Source: an uncultured Chloroflexia bacterium (GTDB lineage: Bacteria > Chloroflexota > Anaerolineae > JAAYZQ01). From it: DNA of 64,000 bases. A program made the position numbers and the translations under genes. The notes under the pieces are model-generated. The model did not search any database, was not told where the DNA came from, and saw only the letters and a list, made by a program, of their open reading frames with translations. How positions within the stretch are numbered: position 1 is the stretch's first letter; every line of letters starts with the position of its first letter. Where the stretch lies: NCBI GenBank assembly GCA_963701775.1, contig CAVPBH010000011.1:94367-158366 (forward strand), read 5' to 3'. Of the stretch, positions 22,785-32,388 are shown one piece after another.

Positions 22785-25700
22785 TCACTTTCCTGCCGAG
22801 GCCACACACCGAAAGCCGATGTGGTTCTCGCGTGCGCTGGGGCCCCAGGCGCCGCGCCTCGCGGCGCGGGCGTCGTTGTAGGAATAGCCCCAGGAACCAC
22901 CGCGCAGCGTCCTGGTCGTCCCGGATGGCGGACCCTGTGGGTTGCTGTAGGGAGAATAGCCGTAATAGTAGGCGTCGTACCAATCGTTCCCCCACTCCCA
23001 CACGTTGCCGCTCATGTCCAGCGCGCCGTACGGGCTTGCCCCGCTGGGATAGTCGCCCACCCGGCTGGTGTCCCCCACGCAGAGGTAACCGGAGCCGTAG
23101 TAGTCATAAAAGTTGGCAAGGGTGCAGTCGATGGCCTGGTCGCCCCAAGGGTACACCCGCGTGTCGCTGCTGCCCTTTGCCGCCTTCTCCCTCTCGGCCT
23201 CCGTCGGCAGGCGCTTGCCGGCCCAGGTGCAATAATCCGTCGCGTTGAACCAAGAGACGTAGATGACAGGGTAGTCGGCGAAATCCGGATCGTCGTAGTA
23301 GGACGGGCGGGTGTAGGAGGAGTTGTACATCGGTAGGTCGCAATCGCCGTCGGCGACGCACTGCGCGTAGTGGGCGTTGGTCACCTCGGTTCTGTCGATG
23401 TAGTAGGCGTCCAGGTAGACGGCATGCAGCGGCAGTTCAGGGGGCATGCAGTACATGGGGAGCTTGTCCTCGTCGCAGCCCATCTGGAACTCGCCGGCGG
23501 GGACATAGACCATGTCGGCGGTGGTGAACAACCAGACGGGGCCGACGGTCCCGGCCTGCTCCTCGTCTTGCGCCACCACCTGCCAATAGTATTGCGTGTT
23601 GGCGAGCAGCACGCCGGGGTCGCAGGCAGTGATGGGCACGGTGGCGCACACCTGCACGTCGGGCGTGCCGTCGTCCGCCTCGAAGTAGACATCGTAGGTC
23701 ACGGCGTCGCCATCGGGGTCGCCGCCGATCCAGGCCAGGTTCGCCTCCAGGCTTTGGTCTGTCACCCCATCAGGGGGCGATGGGCTCCATGGCACATACG
23801 GCGGGCGGTTGGTCGAGGTGCCGGTCTCAAAGCTCCACACCGTCCCCGGGTTCGTTCGCCCGTGCTCATCCTGCGGCACCACCTGCCAGTAGTAGAGCGT
23901 GCTGATCCCCAGCTCGCCGGGGTCGCAGATGGGGCTCACCGTGCCGTCGCAGGCCAGCACATCCGGCGTACTGTCGCCCGCCTCGAAGTAGACGTCGTAG
24001 GTCACGGCGTCGCCGTCGGGGTCACCGCCGATCCAGCTCAGGTCCAGATAGAGCAGTTGGTTCGTGGCCCCGTCGATGGGCGACGGCGACGACGGCGCAT
24101 CCGGAGGGTTGTTGGTCGAGGTGCCGGTGATAAAGCTCCACACCGCCCCGGGGTTCGTTGCCCCGAGCTCGTCCTTGGCGATGATGCGCCAGTAGTAGTG
24201 GGTGTTTGCGGCCCGCGTCCCCGGGTCGTAGGTGGTGCCCGCCTGGGCCTCCGAGACCCGCACATCGGGCGCACTGTCGTTCTCCTCCAGGTAGACGTCG
24301 TAGGTCACCTCGTCGCCGTCCATGTCGCCGCCGGTCCAGGACAGAGTGCTGTTCCGGGGCCGGTCCGGGGCGCCGTCGAACGGAATCGGGTTCGAGGGCG
24401 TGTCGGGCGGATTGTTCACATCGGCCTGCGCCAGGACCAGCCGATACTCGATGGCCAGCACCTCATAGTCGGCGAGGGTTTCGCCCAGGACCTCAACTTT
24501 GACGCCTACCGGCACTTCCAGGCCTCCGTAGAGGGTCCACCACGGATTCTGGAAGACGTCCGCCTCCAGCTCGAGGTAGGCATTGAGGCCGGCGTAGGGA
24601 CCGGCCACGCCGTACAGGAGCAGCGCTAGCTGCGGGCCGGCAGCTCCCTTCACGGTCATGCCGAGCTTCGGCAGGGTTGGGGGATTGAACTGGAACTGGT
24701 TGCTGAACTCGTGGATCGGGCCCCAGGACCCGCCGGAATACTCGGCGCCGACCCTGAACGTTGCTTGCTGTGTCACCCCGGTCGTCACCGCGGCCGAGAC
24801 TTCGCCGTCCACGCCCACGCTGACTGTCAGCACCGGCACGATCACCACCGGGACGGGCCCGATCGTCACCGTGATGGGGCTAAACTGGTAGTGGGCGATC
24901 TCGACCTCCTTTTCGAAGGTGAGCGCAACCTTCCAATTGATCGCAAGCTCCGCCGTCTCGGTGGCACTCGTGGCAAACCAGATCTTCTTCACCTGAAACC
25001 ACCGTATTTTGACCCCGAAATCGAACCCCACTTCCAGCGAGAGTGTGCCGTCGGCGGTGATCTGATCATAAGTATCGCGCAGGTCTCCGTTGGCATCGTA
25101 CAGCACGACGCCCTCCAGCTCGAAGCGGAACTGCAATCCGTCGGTCGACGGAGTCATACTGACCCCGTCAGCCTGCGTCCCCGCACGCACTTGCCCAGGC
25201 GTCAGCGTCTGGCTGACCTGGAGCGAGCCCGTGTCGATGGCCTCTTCGAGCGTAGCCGACTCCGTTTCGACCACCACCTCTCCGCCCTGCGACGAGATGG
25301 ACGTTACCTTGCGCAAGAAGCCATACGCCACCGCCGCCGCTACGTCGCCCACCATGATGTCCCCCGGATCCAAGGCCTCCAGCTCCGGCGTCGACTGGCT
25401 GAAGGTGTACGTGCCGTCGCCCGAGATCGACTCCAGGTACTGGGTGGTCGAGTCGGGCAGGATCTCGGTCGTGTCGGGGATGACGGGCGGCTCCTCCTCG
25501 TAGGCGCGAGCCACCAGGGGTAGGTCCACGACGTTGGGCCAGGACCGGGCGGCTGCCCACGGGCTGTTGGAAGCTGCCGAGGTGTTCGGCACCTCATCCT
25601 GCGTCTTGAGGGCAAAGTGGTAGCGCTGGCCCGGTGCCAGCCCAGACACCGTCATGTTCTCCACGCTGCCTGCCGGGCTGGGGAGCGGTTCGCCAGCGAC

Positions 25701-25994
25701 GTCGCTGGAGCTGGCCCAGTTGTCCTCGGTGATGGGCGCCGTGTTGTAGCGCACCACATAGGTCGTTGCGGTGCCGGTCGTGCCGTCATCGCCGGGGGCG
25801 ATCCAGGAGAGTTCGACCGTGCCAGGTGAGCCACCGGAACCGGCGACCAGGTTGGCGACAGGCGCCGGCGCGATCGTGTCGGCCGCCGGGCCGGCGGCGC
25901 GGGCTTGCGGTCCGGGCAGTGGAGAAAGAGGGAGCAGGAGGCCAAGCAGAGCAACCACAGCCAGAAGACGATAGCGATACGTGTTCTTTGACAT
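22785..25994 (-). CDS. Secreted multidomain protein: N-terminal Fn3-like domain, unknown beta-rich region, three tandem roughly 98-aa Fn3-like modules, C-terminal FGE-sulfatase (SUMF1-like) domain
   Basis: Intact ORF. AAGAGG then ATG 25994 ([22 protein letters not shown] signal peptide). Three modules share ..[20 protein letters not shown]..YYWQVVxQDE... C-terminus has [29 protein letters not shown] and GFRC. Confidence 0.85.
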   Translation of the reverse strand: MSKNTYRYRLLAVVALLGLLLPLSPLPGPQARAAGPAADTIAPAPVANLVAGSGGSPGTVELSWIAPGDDGTTGTATTYVVRYNTAPITEDNWASSSDVAGEPLPSPAGSVENMTVSGLAPGQRYHFALKTQDEVPNTSAASNSPWAAARSWPNVVDLPLVARAYEEEPPVIPDTTEILPDSTTQYLESISGDGTYTFSQSTPELEALDPGDIMVGDVAAAVAYGFLRKVTSISSQGGEVVVETESATLEEAIDTGSLQVSQTLTPGQVRAGTQADGVSMTPSTDGLQFRFELEGVVLYDANGDLRDTYDQITADGTLSLEVGFDFGVKIRWFQVKKIWFATSATETAELAINWKVALTFEKEVEIAHYQFSPITVTIGPVPVVIVPVLTVSVGVDGEVSAAVTTGVTQQATFRVGAEYSGGSWGPIHEFSNQFQFNPPTLPKLGMTVKGAAGPQLALLLYGVAGPYAGLNAYLELEADVFQNPWWTLYGGLEVPVGVKVEVLGETLADYEVLAIEYRLVLAQADVNNPPDTPSNPIPFDGAPDRPRNSTLSWTGGDMDGDEVTYDVYLEENDSAPDVRVSEAQAGTTYDPGTRAANTHYYWRIIAKDELGATNPGAVWSFITGTSTNNPPDAPSSPSPIDGATNQLLYLDLSWIGGDPDGDAVTYDVYFEAGDSTPDVLACDGTVSPICDPGELGISTLYYWQVVPQDEHGRTNPGTVWSFETGTSTNRPPYVPWSPSPPDGVTDQSLEANLAWIGGDPDGDAVTYDVYFEADDGTPDVQVCATVPITACDPGVLLANTQYYWQVVAQDEEQAGTVGPVWLFTTADMVYVPAGEFQMGCDEDKLPMYCMPPELPLHAVYLDAYYIDRTEVTNAHYAQCVADGDCDLPMYNSSYTRPSYYDDPDFADYPVIYVSWFNATDYCTWAGKRLPTEAEREKAAKGSSDTRVYPWGDQAIDCTLANFYDYYGSGYLCVGDTSRVGDYPSGASPYGALDMSGNVWEWGNDWYDAYYYGYSPYSNPQGPPSGTTRTLRGGSWGYSYNDARAARRGAWGPSARENHIGFRCVASAGK

Positions 25995-26150
25995 GGTGAC
26001 CTCTTTGTCTCTTGCACACGAGCGCTCCCCGCGAGCCACGCAGAAAGCGCAGCTTCAAACGCCTCGGCGCGTGAGGGAGTCGGGGAAGATGGGCCGAGCA
26101 CAGGCACTTGCTCGTTAGCCGGCGAGCGCCGATCCGACAGCCTGGAACGC

Positions 26151-26179
26151 AGCATAGCACCGGCCATGCGACCTGTCAA
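26151..26179 (-). promoter_or_regulatory. sigma-70-type promoter, TTGACA-17-TATGCT (proximal promoter of the FGE-domain gene)
   Basis: The minus strand reads ttgacaggtcgcatggccggtgctatgct, about 150 nt upstream of ATG 25994. Confidence 0.55.
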
Positions 26180-26296
26180 ATGCCCTGTCCATGTCCTACC
26201 GCGCCCGGCGGTGCCGCGACCGTGGGCCAGAAAGACACCAGCGCTGAGGCCCCGGCAGACCCCAGCGCTGGCTCGAAAGGAGGATGCTGTGCGCCA

Positions 26297-26325
26297 AGTG
26301 TACCATGAGGGCATCCCCTTGTCAA
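26297..26325 (-). promoter_or_regulatory. sigma-70-type promoter, TTGACA-17-TACACT (distal)
   Basis: The minus strand reads ttgacaaggggatgccctcatggtacact. It is followed, about 30 nt after the predicted start, by the hairpin CCAGCGCTG-N16-CAGCGCTGG and then TGTCTTTCT. Confidence 0.5.
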
Positions 26326-26588
26326 GTGTCGATTTGACTCACTAAGAATGTTACCGAAGACCATGCCCACCAGTGAGGGTATTGAGACCAGATACGGCAT
26401 CTGGTTTTCTTCACCCTCTGTCCGAAGAGGCTGCCTATCGGTGATGCAGATCCTAAGGGTCTTGGATTTCACGTCGGTGGACTCCAGGATTGCGCAGGGG
26501 ATGACCGGCCACAGCCGAGAGTTGCACGACGACCTCTTCTCCAGGGCACACCCCGGGAAAGTGGGAAAGTGGGAGAGTAGCCCACCGC

Positions 26589-26621
26589 AGACCCTAGAGG
26601 TCTTGGAGACCCCTAGGGTCT
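26589..26621. repeat. AGACC-N5-GGTCT double-palindrome hairpin, copy 1 (one mismatch)
   Basis: agaccctagaggtct-tgg-agacccctagggtct. It has the same architecture as the hairpins at 30364 and 34563. Confidence 0.7.
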
Positions 26622-26634
26622 GGTTGCCGCCAAC

Positions 26635-26679
26635 CTGCGATAATTGTTTCCCGGAAAAAATCTCCGCGACGGTAGTATG
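26635..26679 (+). repeat. 45-nt repeat, copy A (inverted partner at 39940-39984)
   Basis: ctgcgataattgtttcccggaaaaaatctccgcgacggtagtatg. 40 of 45 positions match the reverse complement of 39940-39984. It contains the palindrome TTTCC-C-GGAAA and is AT-richer than its surroundings. Confidence 0.8.
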
Positions 26680-26740
26680 GGTAGACTCCGAGACCGTTGC
26701 CCGCCCCCCCACTGCGGCAGGAGAGGGGACAACCGCACGC

Positions 26741-26769
26741 TTGACACCCAGACCGCCCTCAGGTACAAT
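26741..26769 (+). promoter_or_regulatory. sigma-70-type promoter, TTGACA-17-TACAAT, upstream of radC
   Basis: Read directly. GGAAGGAG 26782-26789 and ATG 26798 follow. Confidence 0.7.
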
Positions 26770-26797
26770 GACGGCATCCAGGGAAGGAGCCTTGCCG

Positions 26798-27505
26798 ATG
26801 CCGGACCGGGCCGAGTACCACTACACGATCAAGGAGCTCCCCAGCAGCGAGCGCCCGCGCGAGCGGCTGCTCAAGTACGGTGCCCAGAACCTCTCGACCT
26901 CGGAGCTGTTGGCCATCGTGCTGCGCACCGGCACCCAGAACGAAAACGCACTGCGGCTGGCCGAGCGGCTGATCGCCGAGTACCGGAGCCTCGGCGGGCT
27001 GGCCCGCGCCGACGCCGGAGAGCTGACCGAGACGAAGGGGGTCGGCGACGCCAAGGTGGCCGAGATCAAGGCCGCGCTGGAGCTGGGCAAACGGCTGCAA
27101 GTGGAGGCGCCGGAGGAGCGCGCGCAGATCCGCTCGCCGGCGGACGCGGCGCACCTGCTGATCCCGACGATGAGCCTGCTGGAGCAGGAAGAGCTGCACG
27201 TCCTGCTGCTGGATACCAAGAACCGGGTCCTGGCGACCGACGTGGTGGCGCGGGGCTCGCTTAACGTAACGCACGTCGAGATCGCCGGCCTCTTCCGGCG
27301 GGCCATCCGCCAGGGACAGTGCGCGGCGATCATCCTGGTGCACAACCACCCGTCGGGCGACCCCACGCCTAGCCCGGACGACGTCGCCGTCACCAAGCAG
27401 GTGGTCGAGGCCGGCAGGCTGCTGGATATCGAGGTGCTGGACCACCTGGTGATCGGCGGGCAGCGCTTTGTCAGCCTGAAGGAAAGGGGACTGGGCTTTG
27501 GCTAA
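26798..27505 (+). CDS. radC: RadC-family JAMM/MPN protein (UPF0758)
   Basis: [36 protein letters not shown]; HhH region [21 protein letters not shown]; JAMM motif [16 protein letters not shown]. Confidence 0.9.
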   Translation: MPDRAEYHYTIKELPSSERPRERLLKYGAQNLSTSELLAIVLRTGTQNENALRLAERLIAEYRSLGGLARADAGELTETKGVGDAKVAEIKAALELGKRLQVEAPEERAQIRSPADAAHLLIPTMSLLEQEELHVLLLDTKNRVLATDVVARGSLNVTHVEIAGLFRRAIRQGQCAAIILVHNHPSGDPTPSPDDVAVTKQVVEAGRLLDIEVLDHLVIGGQRFVSLKERGLGFG

Positions 27506-27683
27506 CGACGGACGAAACCGGCGGCGGGACCTCCTGCTGGCCAACGGAGCGGCGCTCGTGCTTCTGGCCGTGGCTCTGCTCGTGGGTTGGTGGGAAGCGG
27601 CTGCCTTCGGGCTCGGGGTGCTCCTGGTCATGGACCTCCTGGTCTTTGTCCGGGCGTGGACCGGCCGGCCCAAGGGGGAGTGA
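27498..27683 (+). CDS. Small membrane protein (2 TM), hypothetical
   Basis: 61-aa ORF with a TTG start overlapping the radC stop. Its stop lies 1 nt before the GTPase ATG. Hydrophobic [21 protein letters not shown] / [15 protein letters not shown]. Confidence 0.4.
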   Translation: MANDGRNRRRDLLLANGAALVLLAVALLVGWWEAAAFGLGVLLVMDLLVFVRAWTGRPKGE

Positions 27684-27684
27684 G

Positions 27685-28746
27685 ATGGCAAAGGGAAGCA
27701 GCGTGCCGGGCATGACACGCCTGCCGGCCACGCTGATGGAAATCCGGCGCCTGTTCGACGCCTTTGACTGGACGGCGATGGCGCGGCAGGTGGAGGAAGA
27801 GACGCTGACCCAGGTCGCCATCGTCGGGCCGGTGAACTCGGGCAAGTCGACGCTCTTCAACTTCCTGAAGGGGCACGACATCTCGCCGGTGGCCCCGGTG
27901 CCGGGCACGACGCGCGCGCTGCTGAACGAGCGGTGGGGGCCGTTTACGCTGGTCGACACGCCGGGGTTCGGCGAGGTGGACGGCGTGGACCGGGCGGGGA
28001 TCGCGCTGGGCGGCATCGAGGCCGCACACGTGATCATCCTGGTGCTGGACGCCGGCGCCGGCGTGCGCCAGGCCGACTATGCGCTTCTCCAGCGGCTGCG
28101 CGCCACGAACAAGCCGGTCATTGCCGTGCTGAACAAGATCGACCTGCTCGGCAAAGAGGGGGAAGCGGTGCTGATCGACGCGCGGGGCAAGCTCGGGGAG
28201 CCGGGGCTGATCCCGATCTCGGCCAAGAAGGGCACCAACATCGCGCGGCTGCTGCTGCCGCGGGTGGTGGACGCCCACCCGGCGCTGGCGGTAGCGATCG
28301 GCCGGGCGATCCCGGCCTACCGCCGCCAGGCGTGCCGCAAGGTGATCCGCAACGCGTCGCTGCTGAACGCGGCGATCGGGGCGGAGCCGATCCCGGGGCT
28401 GGACATCCCCTTCCTGCTGGCGTCGCAGGCGCGCATGGTGCTGCGCGTCGCGGCGATCTACGGGGAACCGATGAGCGCGCAGCACGCCAAGGAGCTGATC
28501 GCGACCATCGCGGGCGGGGTGGCACTGCGCTACCTGGGGCAGGAGGGGGCAAAGCTGGTGCCGGCGGCGGGGTGGGCCATCGCCTCCATGGTGGCCGCGG
28601 CGGGGACCTATGCGATCGGCCACGTGGCCGTGCAGTACTTTGAGCACGACAAGAAGCTGACGGCGGAGCAGATGCAGGCGCTGTACAAGCGCAAGCGCCG
28701 CGAGCACGACCGGGAGCTGACCGAAGAGACGGTGCAGGAGAAGTGA
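27685..28746 (+). CDS. GTP-binding protein with a C-terminal DUF697-like membrane-associated domain
   Basis: ATG 27685 follows GGGGGAG. G1 GPVNSGKST, G3 DTPG, G4 NKID. The C-terminal part (AIPAYRRQACRKVIRNASLLNAAIGAEPIPGLDIPFLLASQARMVLRVAAIYG) resembles DUF697. Confidence 0.8.
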   Translation: MAKGSSVPGMTRLPATLMEIRRLFDAFDWTAMARQVEEETLTQVAIVGPVNSGKSTLFNFLKGHDISPVAPVPGTTRALLNERWGPFTLVDTPGFGEVDGVDRAGIALGGIEAAHVIILVLDAGAGVRQADYALLQRLRATNKPVIAVLNKIDLLGKEGEAVLIDARGKLGEPGLIPISAKKGTNIARLLLPRVVDAHPALAVAIGRAIPAYRRQACRKVIRNASLLNAAIGAEPIPGLDIPFLLASQARMVLRVAAIYGEPMSAQHAKELIATIAGGVALRYLGQEGAKLVPAAGWAIASMVAAAGTYAIGHVAVQYFEHDKKLTAEQMQALYKRKRREHDRELTEETVQEK

Positions 28747-29090
28747 GCAAGATGCCCGAGCCGGTCGTGGTGCTCATTTCGGCCTCGTCGCAGGAAGAGG
28801 CGGAGCGGATCGCGACGACGCTGGTCGAGGAGATGCTGGCTGCCTGCGTGAACGTGATCCCGGGCGTGACGTCGATCTATCGCTGGGAGGGCAAGCTCGA
28901 GCGCGCGGAAGAGTGGCTGCTCGTGGCCAAGAGCCGCAGCGACGTCATGGGCGAGCTGGTGCAGCGCGTCCTGGCGCTCCACAGCTACGAGGTGCCCGAG
29001 ATCTTGGCCCTGCCGCTGGCCGGCGGCAGCGAGGCGTATCTGCGCTGGCTCGACGGCGCGGTGCACGGGAGCTGGCACGCGCTCGACTGA
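28743..29090 (+). CDS. cutA: Divalent-cation tolerance protein CutA
   Basis: VVVLISASSQEEAERIATTLVEEMLAACVNVIPGVTSIYRWEGKLERAEEWLLVAKS..YEVPEILALP. The start overlaps the GTPase stop (ATG 28752 is an alternative). Confidence 0.85.
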   Translation: MSKMPEPVVVLISASSQEEAERIATTLVEEMLAACVNVIPGVTSIYRWEGKLERAEEWLLVAKSRSDVMGELVQRVLALHSYEVPEILALPLAGGSEAYLRWLDGAVHGSWHALD

Positions 29091-29106
29091 GCGGAGGGGG
29101 TGAGCC

Positions 29107-30162
29107 ATGCGGGACCTGATCAACCAAATTGCCCAAGCGTACCGGTCGGCGAAAGTAGAATCGCAGGACGCCTCGGCGCTGCTGGTGCGCGCCCAGGAGC
29201 CCGATACCAAGCGGCCGGTCTGGATCCAGATCATGCGGGGGCTGCTGCCGAGCGACCCCAAGATCGCGGCGCGCTTCCGGAGCCTGGCGATGGCGATCCG
29301 GCAGCTCAACCACCCGAACATCGCGGCCATCCGCGACGTGGGCGAAAAGGGAGGGCTGCCCTACGTGGTCGTGCGCGCGCTGGAAAAGGCGCAGCCCTTG
29401 GCGGCAAGACTGGACCAGCCCTGGGCGGTGGATGCGGCAGCCGACGTGGTGATGCAGGCGGGCGATGCGCTGGAGCACGCGTACAAGAAGGGGGTGCTGC
29501 ACGGGAGCCTCTCGCCTGACGTGCTGTGGGTGGAGGAAAACGGCCAGGTACAGGTGACAGGCCTGGGGGTGAGGCAGATCCTGGAGCTGCTGCAGGTGAA
29601 GCTGCAGCAGGCGGACTCGCCCTACGTGGCGCCGGAGCGCCGGGGCGGCGGTCCGGCCGACGCGCGCGCCGACGTCTACTCCCTGGCGGCGGTCCTATAC
29701 AGCCTGCTATCGCGGCGCGCGCCGGTCATCATCCAGGGCAAAGTCCTGCCGGCGAGCCGCTTCAACCCCGACGTCCCGGCGCAGATGGACGGCGTCATCG
29801 CCAAGGGGCTGGCGCAGGACCCGGCCGAGCGCTACGTGGACGTACACGCCTTCGTGGCGGCGCTGGGCACGGTGCCGCTGATCCCGGCCGTGAGCGCGGC
29901 GCTCTCGGCCCCAGCCACTCGGACTTGTGCCAAGTGCGGGACGCGGAACCCGAGCGGCCGCTTCTGCACCAAGTGCGGGGCGACGCTGCCGCCTGTGGGC
30001 GCTGCCACGCCCATTCCGCCGGCGGGAGAGGCAATCGCCGTAGAGAAGGTGGCGGCCAGCATGGTTGAGGGCGCCCCGCCCGCGGCACAGCCGAACTCCG
30101 CGACGACGGGGCTGAGACGGCTGTGGGACCTGTGGGGCCTGTGGGGCCTGGGACGGCTGTGA
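29107..30162 (+). CDS. Degenerate Ser/Thr protein-kinase-like protein (predicted pseudokinase) with a zinc ribbon; may extend to 30362 through a frame change
   Basis: The kinase-fold order is kept (LNHPNIAAIRDVGE; SPYVAPER; DVYSLAAVLYSLL) but catalytic residues are missing: VWIQIM for VAIK, LHGSLSPDV for HRDLKPxN, GLG for DFG. Zinc ribbon CAKCGTRNPSGRFCTKCG. Confidence 0.7.
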   Translation: MRDLINQIAQAYRSAKVESQDASALLVRAQEPDTKRPVWIQIMRGLLPSDPKIAARFRSLAMAIRQLNHPNIAAIRDVGEKGGLPYVVVRALEKAQPLAARLDQPWAVDAAADVVMQAGDALEHAYKKGVLHGSLSPDVLWVEENGQVQVTGLGVRQILELLQVKLQQADSPYVAPERRGGGPADARADVYSLAAVLYSLLSRRAPVIIQGKVLPASRFNPDVPAQMDGVIAKGLAQDPAERYVDVHAFVAALGTVPLIPAVSAALSAPATRTCAKCGTRNPSGRFCTKCGATLPPVGAATPIPPAGEAIAVEKVAASMVEGAPPAAQPNSATTGLRRLWDLWGLWGLGRL

Positions 30163-30363
30163 GGCCCCCCATGGGGTCTGTGACGACTGACACGGCTCCC
30201 CGGTTTCCCGAGCCGCTGCCGATGCCGGAGATCGACCTGGAGGGCGTGTGGGCCCGCCTGGCCGAGCAGACGCGGCTTTGCATGCCCGAGCCGCCGGCGA
30301 TGCCGGTGATCGACTGGGCGGAGGTCGCGCCGCCGATGCCGGAGATACCGACGAGTTGGTGAG

Positions 30364-30396
30364 AGACCTGACAGGTCTTGAAGACCTGTCAGGTCT
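30364..30396. terminator. Perfect AGACC-N5-GGTCT double-palindrome hairpin (15-bp stem, 3-nt loop) between convergent genes
   Basis: agacctgacaggtct-tga-agacctgtcaggtct, directly after the stop at 30362 and before the tatA stop (30408). Confidence 0.6.
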
Positions 30397-30407
30397 GGTC
30401 GACGAAG

Positions 30408-30608
30408 CTACTGCTTCGTCGTCTCGTCGAGCTTCTTGACCTCGGAGGCGAGGTCGTCGCCCTCTTTCTCTCCGTCCTTGACCGCGCGCTTGAAGCCGCT
30501 GATCGCCTTGCCCAGCGCGGGTCCGACGTCGGCGATCTTGCCGACGCCAAAAACGAGGGCCACAATGACAGCCACGATCAGCAGCTCTTGCCAACCAAAT
30601 CCACCCAT
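30408..30608 (-). CDS. tatA: Twin-arginine translocase subunit TatA/E
   Basis: MGGFGWQELLIVAVIVALVFGVGKIADVGPALGKAISGFKRAVKDGE. 66 aa with a TM helix followed by an amphipathic helix. Confidence 0.9.
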   Translation of the reverse strand: MGGFGWQELLIVAVIVALVFGVGKIADVGPALGKAISGFKRAVKDGEKEGDDLASEVKKLDETTKQ

Positions 30609-30610
30609 GT

Positions 30611-32158
30611 CTACCGCTCTCCTTCGTTTCTATCCGGGCCGTGCGCGCGCCCAGAAGGGTCCATCCATTCCAACGCGTCGTCCAGATCGCGCCGCACCAA
30701 CGCAAGCAGAAAGGGGAGATGCCTTGCACCCTCCCCGTCCAACGCGCCGGCCGCGGCCAGCGCGGTCCGCGCCGGCAAGGTCTCGCCGGCGAGGGCCAGC
30801 CACTCGGCATTGGCCCGGAGCCGACGCGCGAGCCGGCGGGCTGTGCCGGGCTCGGCCACGAGCTCGGCAGCGAGCCTCCGCACCCAGATCTCCCGGTCCC
30901 ACGCCGGGCGGCGCAGGGCCGTGTCGGCCGCAGCGGTCGCGGCTTCTTGGGCCGGATGCCAGGCCAAAAACGCGGGATGCCCGGCCAGCCGGCCCGACTG
31001 CGCCACCAGATCCTCCCCAGCGGCTTCCGGCTCGATCAGGGGCGGCTGCGGGAATGCGGCCAGCCGGATAGCCCACAGCCAACTCCCCAGGAGCCGCAGC
31101 ACCCCGGGCAGCGGGATCTGTGTCTCGCGGTTCTGCCCAAGCGCCTCGGCGACGAGACGCCGGCCTGTGTCCCAGGCCACCTCGGCCAGGGCCATCTCCC
31201 CGCGGCCCATGCGGATGGCGGTCCAGGTACCGGGCGGCTGCCGCCTGGGCAGCGAGAGCTTGGGTACCTCGCTGTGCTGCACCGCGTTCACGACGCCTGC
31301 GTCGTCACTCAGCACCAGGATGAGCACCTGGCGGGCCAACGGCCCTGCCGTCTCCTCGGCGAACCAGACCTGGCGCTGCCCCTCGCCGTCCAGCGGGCCG
31401 GCGAGCGCCCGGAAGGCGGCCGTGGCCGGCGGTAGCGGCCCAACCTCGAGCCCGGCGAACTGCTGCTTGCGCAGCAGCCGCTCGGCCTGGGGCCTGAGCG
31501 CCGGCTCGACCGCCGGGATGAGCGTCTGGAGCGCCCGCGCGCCTTCCGGCAAGCGCAGACTGCCCAGGGCATCGATCGCCTCGGAGGCAACCTCGACCCG
31601 GACATCTTGGGCGAGCATGCGCAGCAACTCCACAGGACGCGGCCCCGGCATGTCGCGCAGGGCCGAGACCAGTGCCAGTAGCACGTCGGGCTCCTGCTGG
31701 TCTAGCTCCTGGACGGCGTCCGCCAGGACCGCGGGATCCTGCTCTGCGCGATCCAAGAGCCCACCGAGCGACGAAACCGCGGCCTCGGCCGTCTCGGCCA
31801 ACCCCGGCCGGAGGTCATCCGGCACCTGGATCCCCAGAAAGCGCTCCAGGATCGTCACCGCGGCGGTGCGCGCGGCGAAGCTGTGTCCGGGCTGCTGCAG
31901 CAGGAGGTAGAGCGCGTCGACCGTCTCACCGCGATCGAGCTCCGCAGCCACCAACCCCAGCGGCGCCATCGATTGGGCATCGGCCCGGTCGAGAGCGGCG
32001 ATCAGGCTGGGGATGACCCGGGAACCGGTCTTGGCGAGCGCCTGGACCTGGCGCCGCAGTTCGATCTCGGACGATGCCTTCAGGAGGCGGCGCAGTGCAG
32101 TGTCGATCTTCCTGCGGTCGCGTAGCTTGGTAATGATCTTTGCCCCAGTTAGGGACAC
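30611..32158 (-). CDS. Hypothetical protein (about 515 aa) with a HEAT-like helical N-terminus; tatA starts 2 nt after its stop
   Basis: Intact ORF 30611..32266. GAGGAG then GTG 32158 is preferred because the upstream ATGs lie inside or at the predicted promoter. No catalytic motif recognised. Confidence 0.55.
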   Translation of the reverse strand: MSLTGAKIITKLRDRRKIDTALRRLLKASSEIELRRQVQALAKTGSRVIPSLIAALDRADAQSMAPLGLVAAELDRGETVDALYLLLQQPGHSFAARTAAVTILERFLGIQVPDDLRPGLAETAEAAVSSLGGLLDRAEQDPAVLADAVQELDQQEPDVLLALVSALRDMPGPRPVELLRMLAQDVRVEVASEAIDALGSLRLPEGARALQTLIPAVEPALRPQAERLLRKQQFAGLEVGPLPPATAAFRALAGPLDGEGQRQVWFAEETAGPLARQVLILVLSDDAGVVNAVQHSEVPKLSLPRRQPPGTWTAIRMGRGEMALAEVAWDTGRRLVAEALGQNRETQIPLPGVLRLLGSWLWAIRLAAFPQPPLIEPEAAGEDLVAQSGRLAGHPAFLAWHPAQEAATAAADTALRRPAWDREIWVRRLAAELVAEPGTARRLARRLRANAEWLALAGETLPARTALAAAGALDGEGARHLPFLLALVRRDLDDALEWMDPSGRAHGPDRNEGER

Positions 32159-32211
32159 TCTATCTCCTCGTGATGCGCCTGTGGGCGCCGGCAGACCGGC
32201 ACCCATAGTGC

Positions 32212-32241
32212 ATTGTACCATACGACTGGGGGCGGCTGCAA
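32212..32241 (-). promoter_or_regulatory. Promoter TTGCAG-18-TGgTACAAT (extended -10)
   Basis: The minus strand reads ttgcagccgcccccagtcgtatggtacaat. Confidence 0.5.
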
Positions 32242-32282
32242 GCGACGGCGGGCGGGCCACCAGCACAGAGGCAGCGGATAGG

Positions 32283-32328
32283 CGCCCTCACCCCTGCCCT
32301 CTCCCACGGGGAGAGGGGGGAAGAAGGC
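32283..32328 (+). repeat. Copy 2 of the roughly 45-bp GC-rich hairpin repeat
   Basis: gccctcacccctgccctctcccacggggagaggggggaagaaggcc, in the divergent intergenic region. Confidence 0.75.
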
Positions 32329-32388
32329 CCCCCGTTCGGGTCCCCCTACCCCACCCGTCCTGGGGATGCAGGTCCACCCCCTCTCATC

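Noticed and set aside
22788-23513. The FGE-sulfatase C-terminal domain as a possible diversity-generating-retroelement (DGR) variable region.
   Set aside because: I could find no reverse-transcriptase ORF (no YxDD-type motif) and no template-repeat copy of the C-terminal approximately 120 bp anywhere in the window. The putative VR codons show no Asn/AAC-type pattern that I could pair with a template.
26330-26740. RNase P RNA, tmRNA, SRP RNA or a cobalamin riboswitch in the long intergenic region.
   Set aside because: I could not find the diagnostic strings on either strand (GAGGAAAGUCCGGGC, a tRNA-like GGUUCGAnUCC..CCA end, the SRP GGAA/AGCAGC loop, the B12 box GCCACUG). A covariance-model scan is still needed.
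26348-26797. A 150-codon N-terminal extension of radC (ORF 26348..27505 is open in frame).
   Set aside because: A TTGACA-17-TACAAT promoter and a GGAAGGAG SD lie inside the extension, just before ATG 26798. The extension reads through hairpin and repeat elements and has no RadC-like sequence.
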